From contig NZ_CBDCVU010000004.1 of NCBI RefSeq assembly GCF_965223225.1, positions 1,147,584 to 1,179,583 of the forward strand: DNA of 32,000 nt, in the 5' to 3' direction. Made by a program: the position numbers and the translations under genes. The stretch's first letter is position 1. Every line of letters starts with the position of its first letter. This document shows, piece after piece, positions 17,136-25,217 of this stretch. This DNA is from Nitrosopumilus sp. Its GTDB lineage: Archaea > Thermoproteota > Nitrososphaeria > Nitrososphaerales > Nitrosopumilaceae. The notes beneath the pieces were generated by a model. It was not told where the DNA came from, did not search any database, and saw only the letters and a program-made list of their open reading frames with translations.

Positions 17136-17513
17136 TATCCCAAATTAGGATTAAAAAAGACGCATGCGTAATCAACGCCATAATTTCTAAAAAAATAGGC
17201 TTAGTTTATTATTAATTTACAAAAATTTTCATGTTGAAGGTACGGACCATAGCAGGTCCACACCATGTGGAAATCCTGAAAAGATAAAGTTTGTAATTGA
17301 TAGAAAACATGTCAAAATAGAACAAGTTCAGTAAATATTTTGGATTCAGTTTCAAATGTAAACTCGGTGAAGAATTAAATAGTAATTTGCAGAATATTGT
17401 TTGATGGCTACCGTAACATCTCCACCGCTTCCAAAAGATGTAAAGAACTCTAAAATGGTTGAGGAAGTAAAAGAGATGATAGACGAGGATCTAGAGCTAT
17501 TTGAGAAACTGGC

Positions 17514-17855
17514 CTACAAGTAATCAAATTTTATATCTTCAACTTTACGAGTCAAATATTCTTCAACTTCTGAATAGATTGTAGGATCATCTTCAAATTT
17601 TTCCTCCGCAGTACGTCTAAGCATATCTGCAAATTGATCCTCTTCTTTGGCATTGTAAAATCTTAGTTGGTATAGATTCCTTCCAAGAAAATTTTTCACG
17701 AGGTAATGCGATGTTCTACGATTTCCTTCAATAAATGGTTGATTGTAAGATATTCCAGCTAGAATATGCGTTGCCTTTTTGATTATTCTTGTTCTTCTAT
17801 CTGATATGTCATTAAAAGAATTTACTTTATCAAAAATAGCGTTTAGGGTTTCCAT
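17514..17855 (-). CDS. Fic/Doc (death-on-curing)-family protein with a degenerate active-site motif
   Basis: The 113-aa protein has ILAGISYNQPFIEGNRRTSHYLVKNFL, which aligns to the Doc/Fic core H-x-F-x-[DE]-[GA]-N-[GK]-R-[TV]. Gln (codon 17739..17741) replaces the catalytic His. Confidence 0.6.
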   Translation of the reverse strand: METLNAIFDKVNSFNDISDRRTRIIKKATHILAGISYNQPFIEGNRRTSHYLVKNFLGRNLYQLRFYNAKEEDQFADMLRRTAEEKFEDDPTIYSEVEEYLTRKVEDIKFDYL

Positions 17856-18051
17856 ATTAACACGACTGGTTCATGATCATAAGAACAAATCAGTTTGTTG
17901 ACTTCGATTATCTCTTCAATATCTTTTTGTCCAAAGATCTCAAACAATTCAATTAGTGTTGTTATTTCCAGTATTTAACACACAAACAAATTCATTCTAA
18001 AAAATTTAGATAATCTTGTAATTAATTGATGAAACAAAAACATACAGAAAC

Positions 18052-18147
18052 GTGGGCCAAAACAGGTTTGAACCCGTGACAAGAGAATTATTGTTGAAAT
18101 CTACCATTAGTTATTTTTACTGTTGAGTTCAAATCTCGGCAACGGTA
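18052..18147. other. Two convergent tRNA-like T-arm/acceptor fragments (no complete tRNA foldable)
   Basis: Minus strand 18053..18080: ACGGG-TTCAAA-CCTGT then TTTGGCC. Plus strand 18119..18147: ACTGTTGAG-TTCAAAT-CTCGGCAACGGT-A. Neither has a matching 5' half, D arm or anticodon arm. Confidence 0.25.
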
Positions 18148-18189
18148 CAGGATATGTGGATAAGAGATGTTATTAAAAATTTGAATTTG

Positions 18190-19200
18190 TTATTTTTCTT
18201 CAATCAAAGGAATCAAGCTAAGAATGTGCTCTGCAGTTTTTTCATTTTGTATAATACTCATATGATCTGTTCCTTCTACAACCACATGTCTGCCATCACT
18301 TGACAAGGATGCCAAATCCTTGTGAAAAGACTTGATGGCATCTCTAATTTCTTGTTCGGATGGTCCAGTTTTTGGGAAAAAAGATGCATCATGATCAGAT
18401 GCAGAAAGTGAGATTATTGGCAAGTCCTCTCTGAAATAGTGTGCTTCCTTTCCCTGTTCAAAAGAAGTTTGAAGGCTGACAATTTCAGACTTCATTGTGG
18501 CGTATAACGGAGTCCACCTATCAAAATAAGCATACATCCCTTGTATGTTCATGTCGCTTTCAGACTCGGAATCCTCTGAGATAAGAGATGTCAGACTGAC
18601 AATTCCAAGTTTGCTGACAAGTTCTATCAACCAGAAACTTGACAACAGGTCGTCATTTTGTTTGTACACTGCGTCACTGAATTCTTTTCCAAAGTAGTCA
18701 TATTGATTGTAGTGACTAGAGTCGATGAATGCAATTCCCGCAACTTGCTCCTCATGCTCTGCACTGTAAATCAAGCTTACAATTCCTCCAAGGGAATGTC
18801 CTGCCAAGATTATTGGACCATCAATTTTGGCAATTTGTAATAGACGATACAACTCATCAGACATGTTGTTGGCATCTGCAGGATTGCCATTTGATTCACT
18901 CCAACCAGTTCCTGCACGATCATAACTGCATGTACGTACTGTTTCAGACAAATTCGCCTGAAGATTATAGTATAGTGGACTCTGAGTTCCTGCCCCCGTT
19001 ATGATAATTATTATTGGAGCAGAATCATTTTCCGGACCTGTACAATAAAGGTGCATGTCAGTGCCCTCAACTGAATAGATCTTTCCAGGAGGTTCCATCA
19101 TAGGTACGCTGTGATATGCAATTTGTCCTGCAGCAAGAAAACCTCCTACCAGAATGACGATAGATATACCAAAATATTTTAAAATTCTTTTGGTTTTCAT
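18190..19200 (-). CDS. Alpha/beta-fold hydrolase with an N-terminal membrane anchor
   Basis: N-terminal TM segment (ILKYFGISIVILVGGFLAAG), nucleophile elbow GHSLGG, and later D and H (GTDHMS), typical of the alpha/beta hydrolase triad. Confidence 0.8.
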   Translation of the reverse strand: MKTKRILKYFGISIVILVGGFLAAGQIAYHSVPMMEPPGKIYSVEGTDMHLYCTGPENDSAPIIIIITGAGTQSPLYYNLQANLSETVRTCSYDRAGTGWSESNGNPADANNMSDELYRLLQIAKIDGPIILAGHSLGGIVSLIYSAEHEEQVAGIAFIDSSHYNQYDYFGKEFSDAVYKQNDDLLSSFWLIELVSKLGIVSLTSLISEDSESESDMNIQGMYAYFDRWTPLYATMKSEIVSLQTSFEQGKEAHYFREDLPIISLSASDHDASFFPKTGPSEQEIRDAIKSFHKDLASLSSDGRHVVVEGTDHMSIIQNEKTAEHILSLIPLIEEK

Positions 19201-19205
19201 TTTTC

Positions 19206-20129
19206 TTATCCAAAGTCATATCTAACTTTTGTCAGTTTTTCTGAAATATTCCAAAGTTCTTTGGCATTTTTCAGATCATATGATGCATCATTGGATTTTA
19301 CTTTTACTGGATGTCCTCTCCATTCTTGAAATCCTCCCGGTCCAAAATAATCTCCTCCTTTGACAAGAGGATCAACTGAGGCTCTTATTTCAGGCAATAC
19401 CCCCATTGAAGTGCTCTGAGACATTATTAAATTTGATATTCCCATTCCAATTTTATACAGTAATTTCTTGCTGACATGCTTTGCCAGGTTACTCTTTGCT
19501 ACTCCGGGATGTGCTGCAACTGCAATACAATCAACATGAAATTTCTCAAACCTTCTTTGCAACTCATAAGTGAATAAGAGATTGGAAAGTTTTGTATTTC
19601 CATATGCTTTCATTATGGAATAATTTCCTTTTTCAAACATAAAGTTGTCAAAATCCATTTTACCAAACTTGTGTCCCAAACTACTTACATTAACAACTCT
19701 TGATCCTTTTGTGTTTTTTAAACAGTTCAACAACAAACCAGTGAGTGCAAAATGTCCTAGGTGGTTCGTGCCCATCTGTATTTCAAACCCATCCTTGGTT
19801 TTCTTGTATGGGCACACGATTCCAGCATTATTCAAAAGAACGTCTAGGTTGTCGTGTTGCTCATCAAACTTCGCTGCAAATGAGCGAATTGATTCTAAAT
19901 CCGCTAAATCAAGACTCATGATGTTGATTTGTGCATTTGGATGTTCTTCTTGTATTTTCTTTTTTGCAGACTCTCCACTATCTTCATCACGACAGGCAAG
20001 AATGGTTTGAGATCCTTTTGCTGAAAAAGATTTCACTGCCTCAAAACCAAGACCACTGTTGCCTCCAGTCACAATTATTGTTCTTCCGGATAAATCTGGA
20101 ATGTCATCAAAGCTCCATTTTTGCTTCAT
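19206..20129 (-). CDS. Short-chain dehydrogenase/reductase (classical SDR, retinol-dehydrogenase-like)
   Basis: TGGNSGLG cofactor motif, NNAG, S...YGNTK (Y-x3-K catalytic). Its ATG overlaps the upstream gene's stop (ATGA). Confidence 0.85.
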   Translation of the reverse strand: MKQKWSFDDIPDLSGRTIIVTGGNSGLGFEAVKSFSAKGSQTILACRDEDSGESAKKKIQEEHPNAQINIMSLDLADLESIRSFAAKFDEQHDNLDVLLNNAGIVCPYKKTKDGFEIQMGTNHLGHFALTGLLLNCLKNTKGSRVVNVSSLGHKFGKMDFDNFMFEKGNYSIMKAYGNTKLSNLLFTYELQRRFEKFHVDCIAVAAHPGVAKSNLAKHVSKKLLYKIGMGISNLIMSQSTSMGVLPEIRASVDPLVKGGDYFGPGGFQEWRGHPVKVKSNDASYDLKNAKELWNISEKLTKVRYDFG

Positions 20130-21223
20130 TTTATTTTTTTATCCCAGTCTACTTTGTATCCATAAATTTCATCAAATCCTTTTGTACTTAATTTTATCAT
20201 GAAAGGCGATATTGCATTTCTAACTATTTTTCCTATTGGGTTTGTGGTAGTGAACATTCCTCCAGAGCGTCTTGCCATAGATATCATCTTCTCTACCCTG
20301 TCTTTTCTCAATTGTTGGTATTTGGAAAATGCATCTTGTATGTCATATATGTCTCTCAAACATTTTGCCAAGACTACTGCATCCTCAATTGCCATCGTGG
20401 CACCCTGTCCTGCATGTGGAGATATTGCATGAGCTGCATCGCCAATAAGGCACACATGACCCTTGTGCCACGTAGGCAAATGGGGGATATTGTAAATCGG
20501 CAGGTACAGTAAAGTCTCTTTGGTCATCTCTATAGATTTTCTTACTGTCAGGTGTTCATCTTTAAGAAGGAAAAGTAATTTTTTCTTCCATTCATCCCAA
20601 GATACTTTGGTTCTGTTTTTCACTGAATCTTCAGGATACGGAACATACGTCCACCATAACTTCCTTCCTAATTTTTCAAAAAGATTTCCAAAGTGCAAGT
20701 TTTTACCAAATGTCATGTGGTACGTATTTGGTGCCAAGGATGTCTGCATCAAATCATCAATTATTCCTCCAACCAGAACGGTTCCTGTGTATGTTGGACT
20801 TGGAAAGTCAGGCATCATCAAAGTGCGGGTCTTGGAATGTATTCCATCGCAGCCAATCAGCAAATCCCCTTTAGTTTCTGTCCCATCTTCAAAATAGGCA
20901 GTTATTCCTTGTCCTTTTTCAGATTCTATTTTTTTCAGTTTTTTGCCCCATTCTATTTTGATATTTTCTATGCAAAGATTCCCATATTCTTGTGGTAAAT
21001 GTTTCATGCACTCATTGATTATATTCTCGATAATTTTTTCTTCATTGTTATCATCTTTGTTTTGTATTTTATCGTACCATGACATTAATTCTTGAATTCC
21101 TTCCAAGTTTTCAAATGTGGGATTAAGTTCTGAAAAAAGTTCAGTGAAAACAGGTTCTAAATTTTGTTTTATTTTAATAGCAATCCTATCTTGATTATTG
21201 GAGGAATTTTCCTTCTCTAGCAT
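20126..21223 (-). CDS. FAD-dependent (group A flavoprotein) monooxygenase homolog lacking the N-terminal GxGxxG Rossmann motif
   Basis: The DLLIGCDGIHSKTR (DG motif) and IGDAAHAISPHAGQGATMAIEDA (GD motif) are present. The first ~60 aa are N/D/E/K-rich and unrelated. An in-frame stop lies at 21266..21268. Confidence 0.75.
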   Translation of the reverse strand: MLEKENSSNNQDRIAIKIKQNLEPVFTELFSELNPTFENLEGIQELMSWYDKIQNKDDNNEEKIIENIINECMKHLPQEYGNLCIENIKIEWGKKLKKIESEKGQGITAYFEDGTETKGDLLIGCDGIHSKTRTLMMPDFPSPTYTGTVLVGGIIDDLMQTSLAPNTYHMTFGKNLHFGNLFEKLGRKLWWTYVPYPEDSVKNRTKVSWDEWKKKLLFLLKDEHLTVRKSIEMTKETLLYLPIYNIPHLPTWHKGHVCLIGDAAHAISPHAGQGATMAIEDAVVLAKCLRDIYDIQDAFSKYQQLRKDRVEKMISMARRSGGMFTTTNPIGKIVRNAISPFMIKLSTKGFDEIYGYKVDWDKKIK

Positions 21224-21239
21224 CAGATTTTCTCCTGAT

Positions 21240-21797
21240 TCATTTTTCGATTCCTCCTCTGATTTCTATTTCGATATTCTCTGAATTTTCCTTTCGAGAT
21301 TCATCATTTTTTTCATGGTATTTTGAATTTTTATTTTTATTTGATTTGAGGTAGAAATAGGTAAATCCAATTATGGTAATGGCAATCATTATGACAACAC
21401 CGACATAATACAAATCATCTGTAGTTTGTTGTCTGAAATTTTCTTCTTTAGGGGGTAGCTCTTCTTCAGATATTACAATTGTAGGAATTATTGAGTCATC
21501 GATTCCTAATTTAGTCACACAGTCCAATGATCTTTGCCAATCTTGACCTATTTTTTCCTCCTTGATTGCAGATTCAAAATAAGATTGTGCCGCAGCAGCA
21601 CCATCAGACAAAGTTATCTTATCGATTGTAGTTTGAAAGTTTTCAGTATATGTCTGATAGTAGCTTAGTTCTATATCAATTTCATTGGAACAAACCCATT
21701 GTCCTTGTTGATTAAACATTCCGTAAACTTGATCGATGTTAATTAGTAAAACTGAAAACAATAGCAGAAAAATTTTAGATTTGTTATTTTTTATCAT
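21240..21797 (-). CDS. Hypothetical exported protein with a C-terminal membrane anchor
   Basis: Signal-peptide-like MIKNNKSKIFLLLFSVLLINIDQVYG, a C-terminal TM segment YYVGVVIMIAITIIGFTYFYL, then a K/E-rich tail. Confidence 0.5.
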   Translation of the reverse strand: MIKNNKSKIFLLLFSVLLINIDQVYGMFNQQGQWVCSNEIDIELSYYQTYTENFQTTIDKITLSDGAAAAQSYFESAIKEEKIGQDWQRSLDCVTKLGIDDSIIPTIVISEEELPPKEENFRQQTTDDLYYVGVVIMIAITIIGFTYFYLKSNKNKNSKYHEKNDESRKENSENIEIEIRGGIEK

Positions 21798-21971
21798 ATA
21801 ATCTAAAACGTATCAAAACTGATTAGATTTTCGGTTGTAATTTAAACTGAAAATCAAGGCAGAATCCAAATAGATTTGGAACAACTAAATACCATCTTAA
21901 ATAAACATTTTACTATTTTGTCAACAAAAATATTTTTTGTATTCTAATTTTTTTTCTAATCAACAAACACA

Positions 21972-22358
21972 ATGCAAAAATTAGAAAAGATTAGGCCTGA
22001 AAGTCAATTTTGTATCAAAGTTTTGAATATTGATTCAAACATACGATTTGTCGGAATATTGTGTAAATGTGGACGATTAAAAGCATATTACAGAAAAAAA
22101 GAGATGATTCCAAGACTGAGTTTACAAGAAACCAAATTAGTGCAGCGCCAAGCTCTGTTAAAAGCCAAGATGAATCATGTCTTTGACAAGAAACTCGGCA
22201 AAACAACATGGTCCATAGAGTTAAGGGATGGTGTAAAATGGATTACAGTTTATTTTAATAAAGATCTCATATTATTGTCTACGGAAATTTCATCTGATCA
22301 TAATAAGATAATAGAAAAAATCCTTTCAACATTACAAGCATCTCATCTGCCGTACTAG
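21972..22358 (+). CDS. Hypothetical small protein, paralog of 23375..23743
   Basis: It shares collinear motifs with the downstream ORF at equal spacing (~85 aa): NID-x2-IR-[FY], LG/IG and L-[LM]-x-[ST]-TEI-[ST]-S-x4-II-x-K-[IV]-L. Confidence 0.5.
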   Translation: MQKLEKIRPESQFCIKVLNIDSNIRFVGILCKCGRLKAYYRKKEMIPRLSLQETKLVQRQALLKAKMNHVFDKKLGKTTWSIELRDGVKWITVYFNKDLILLSTEISSDHNKIIEKILSTLQASHLPY

Positions 22359-22401
22359 GAGATTAAAACAAATTTTTTTCCAAATATATTCAACATAATT
22401 G

Positions 22402-22479
22402 TGGATCCTCACGGGTAGTATTATTTGGGGAATCTGAAGAAAATAATACATGATTTCTCTAGGATTATGAAAACTTGAA
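22402..22479 (+). repeat. Imperfect direct repeat, copy 1 (see 23247..23317)
   Basis: The blocks TGGATCCTC, AAATAAtacaTGATTtctCTAGGATtA and ACTTGAA recur in the same order in copy 2. Confidence 0.4.
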
Positions 22480-22559
22480 ATTATTTTTTAGTTTTTAATC
22501 CTGAATCAAATTCTAATTCTTTAATCATGTCACTACAAGATTTAACGACACTTGAAGAA

Positions 22560-22799
22560 TTATTTTTCATTGTTTTTATTTTCTTTTCGGTATTTTTCAA
22601 ATAAAACCTCATTATTTTTTGTAATCTTCTCAATTCTGCTAATTGGAATAGTTTCAAAGTTTTCAGATACTTTGATGAACTCTGGCAAAGTTACCTCTAT
22701 AATTTTTTCAAAATCCCTATAGAAGATCTTGTATGTTTCTGCTGGAGTACCAAATCTTGCCCTGCTAAAAATTTCATTGATTTGTCCTTTTTTTGTCAC
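22560..22799 (-). CDS. Small DUF504/UPF0248-like protein (MJ1316-type domain)
   Basis: 79 aa. YKIFYRDFEKIIEV...ETIPISRIEKITKNNEVLFEK resembles the DUF504 pattern (Y-x-DR ... IP-x-HRI-x-x-I ... g-e-v-l) as I remember it. Confidence 0.4.
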   Translation of the reverse strand: MTKKGQINEIFSRARFGTPAETYKIFYRDFEKIIEVTLPEFIKVSENFETIPISRIEKITKNNEVLFEKYRKENKNNEK

Positions 22800-23246
22800 A
22801 ATTTCATTTCATAATATTATATTAATATCCATTCTAACATGATAAATTTTTCTTTCTTTTTCAAATAACTAAGTTTTCAAAGATTTTTTACTTTTCAAAT
22901 TTTTATTTTGTAAGTTGAATAATGTACTATTGATATTTTTTTATGTATAACTTTTCATTCCCATTTCATTTTATACGATGTGATGATGATTGGGTCTGAT
23001 TTTCTCAGTCCCCATTCATTTTGATTATGGCTATTATTTTCAGAAATTGACAAATTATCCCAATCAAAATCAACTTTTACAGATTCCATGATTTTTCATT
23101 TTGAATTTAATACTTAATTTACAGGTGACACTGCAATCAAATTTTCTACCCGAAAGGGTATGACATCACTGAATTCAAACCAGTGTTTACAAGAGTATTA
23201 GGTGTGCAAGCCTATCTACATCCATTTTTATCCCCAATTTGGTATC

Positions 23247-23317
23247 TGAATCCTCGTGGACCCATTTTTGTATCCAAATAAGTGATTGAGCCTAGGATAA
23301 CTTGAACCTAGGATAAG
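23247..23317 (+). repeat. Imperfect direct repeat, copy 2, with an internal CCTAGGATAA duplication
   Basis: TGAATCCTC, AAATAAgTGATTgagCCTAGGATAACTTGAA, then a second CCTAGGATAAG (23291..23300 and 23307..23316). Confidence 0.4.
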
Positions 23318-23374
23318 ACAAGATATCACTATTCACAACAGAAATTTAATATGAAATGACTACCTTAACAGTTT

Positions 23375-23743
23375 ATGAATTTTGATAAATTTTATGACGA
23401 GATCATGAATATTGATCAGACAATTCGATACGCAGCTGTTCAAAATATCGATGGTGAATCAATTTGTGGCCATGTTAGAGAAGGAACCACACCATATCTT
23501 AGTGATGAGGAAATTAAGATGATGCATTATTATGCAGGGCAGAGATGGGATACACGAAAAAGGATTGCACATAAAATAGGAAATGCAAAATATGCGATGG
23601 CCGAATATGATAAAATAAAGCGATTTACATTTCCGATGGATGAGGAACATCTGCTAATGATAACCACTGAAATCACCTCAGAATCCTCAAACATTATTCC
23701 AAAGGTTCTTGAATTAATAAAAAACATACAAAATAATATGTGA
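23375..23743 (+). CDS. Hypothetical small protein, paralog of 21972..22358
   Basis: 122 aa with the same motif architecture as the upstream paralog (NIDQTIRY ... IGNAKY ... LLMITTEITSESSNIIPKVL). Confidence 0.55.
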   Translation: MNFDKFYDEIMNIDQTIRYAAVQNIDGESICGHVREGTTPYLSDEEIKMMHYYAGQRWDTRKRIAHKIGNAKYAMAEYDKIKRFTFPMDEEHLLMITTEITSESSNIIPKVLELIKNIQNNM

Positions 23744-23845
23744 CTCATTAGAAGATATCAACAGTTTCCTATTTGAAATTTGATCAAAAAACAATTTGTT
23801 ATTTTAGAATTGAAAATTCAGATTCAAACAAAGTAATTTTTGATG

Positions 23846-24694
23846 TTATTTTAAAAAAGCCAGAGCTTTTACAATATCGGTCTTGCTGATGATTCCCACA
23901 ATGGTGTCATGTTTAGACAAGACTCCTGCACCGTTGATATTTTTCTTTAACAATATTTTGCCTGCTTTTGCCAAATCATCATCATAATTTACAGAAATAA
24001 CATCAGTACTCATTACATCATCAGCTTTTACACTTGCACCAAATCCAGATTCTGAAATGAAGCCTTTTCTTGGAAAAATTACAGAAATTACAGGATCAGA
24101 ATTGTCAAGAACATCTTCATAATTTCCCTGCTTTAGCGCCAATTCAAACAAGTCTCGAAAAGTGACAACTCCAACAGGCACTTCATCATGATTTCGAAGT
24201 ATTATTCTAGATATTTTCTCATCAATCATTTTTAGAACAATTTTGTATAGCGGAGCATCGGAATATTGCCAGGCATAATATGGAGACATGTACTCTCCAA
24301 CTATTTTTTCACCATAATGCATTTTAGCAAAATATCTCACAAGATCAGTCTTTGTTAAAATTCCAACTACCTCATCGTTTGATGTAATGACCAAAGAACC
24401 AATGGATTTTGTTAGCATAATTTCGGCACATTCTGCCATACTTGTATTTTCATCAACAGAAATTATTTTTTTAACAATTGCAGACAGTGGGATTTCATCT
24501 AATTTCCTTTCAGTATCATCAGTCAGGAGAAAAATACCCAAGTCTTTTTCAGTTACAATACCTGTAATTTTGTCATTTTCTGTGACTAGGAGCCTACTCT
24601 TTTTTTCATCAATTATCTTTTTTAAAACATCAGCAAGACTGGATTCATGTTTTATTTTTCTGGGGGCATTTTTGTAATCTAATGCGTGTTTCAT
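23846..24694 (-). CDS. CBS-domain protein (four CBS repeats, two Bateman modules)
   Basis: Four repeats of the CBS pattern (for example SRLLVTENDKITGIVTEKDL, GSLVITSNDEVVGILTKTDL, SRIILRNHDEVPVGVVTFRDL and GAGVLSKHDTIVGIISKTDI). The ATG at 24694 is preferred over the ORF-track start at 24754. Confidence 0.8.
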   Translation of the reverse strand: MKHALDYKNAPRKIKHESSLADVLKKIIDEKKSRLLVTENDKITGIVTEKDLGIFLLTDDTERKLDEIPLSAIVKKIISVDENTSMAECAEIMLTKSIGSLVITSNDEVVGILTKTDLVRYFAKMHYGEKIVGEYMSPYYAWQYSDAPLYKIVLKMIDEKISRIILRNHDEVPVGVVTFRDLFELALKQGNYEDVLDNSDPVISVIFPRKGFISESGFGASVKADDVMSTDVISVNYDDDLAKAGKILLKKNINGAGVLSKHDTIVGIISKTDIVKALAFLK

Positions 24695-25217
24695 AATTTT
24701 ACAAATTCTACTAATTATAAAAAACACAAGACAATTACCATGTTTGGTTTTCATTTGATGCCTGGTGAGTTGTTACTTGGAAGCAATACGATTTCTTTCT
24801 CTAATAGTTTGATTCCAAAATATTATTTTCTATTTTGGATAAGTTGGATTTGATGAAAAATTTCACATTTTATGACTGAACATAAATTAATAATTTTAAT
24901 TCCTAAAATAAACATGAGAAGTCTATCTCCAATAACTGGAAACGGAAACCAAAAAGCATTGATTAACAAGATCAATTAGATTGTTGCGCAAAACAATGAG
25001 CAAAAAGAAGAGATCCGTCAAATCAAACAAAAACTATGTGTTAATGCTCATTTTAGTCATCGTAGTTAACGCATTTTTTATTTGCTGTTTTTATTTTCTC
25101 ACATCAGGTCAGTAATTTGTTTGTGATTATACTAAATCAAAAAATTGAGAAAATCCATCGTGATATTTATCGATACAGTTAACTTTAGTCTAGTATCTTT
25201 TTAATTGAAATTCAAAT

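Noticed and set aside
16735-17171. Plus-strand ORFs 16735..16950 and 16857..17171
   Set aside because: The second runs straight through the tRNA-Val gene (17042..17135). Both overlap the minus-strand ORF and have no motifs.
17404-17523. A 39-codon plus-strand ORF (MATVTSPPLPKDVKNSKMVEEVKEMIDEDLELFEKLAYK) converging on the Doc-like gene
   Set aside because: It has a clean ATG and is plausible as a small protein. With no recognisable family and no way to test conservation here, it is not reported as a feature.
17856-17975. A possible Phd-like antitoxin upstream of the Doc/Fic-like gene
   Set aside because: The only open frame ending at the toxin start (...ELFEIFGQKDIEEIIEVNKLICSYDHEPVVLIWKP) has no ATG or GTG start and only a weak TTG candidate. 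It is too uncertain to call.
18658-20998. Plus-strand ORFs overlapping the hydrolase, SDR and monooxygenase genes (18658..18840, 18729..19004, 19645..20010, 19931..20191, 20199..20432, 20312..20512, 20520..20897, 20693..20998)
   Set aside because: They are shadow ORFs antisense to genes with clear catalytic motifs.
23120-23190. The hairpin TACCC-GAAA-GGGTA (23147..23160, GNRA tetraloop) nested inside the ACACTG...CAGTGT pairing
   Set aside because: The stems are short (5 and 6 bp) and sit in a long AT-rich spacer. Without covariation or expression data this cannot be told apart from chance structure.
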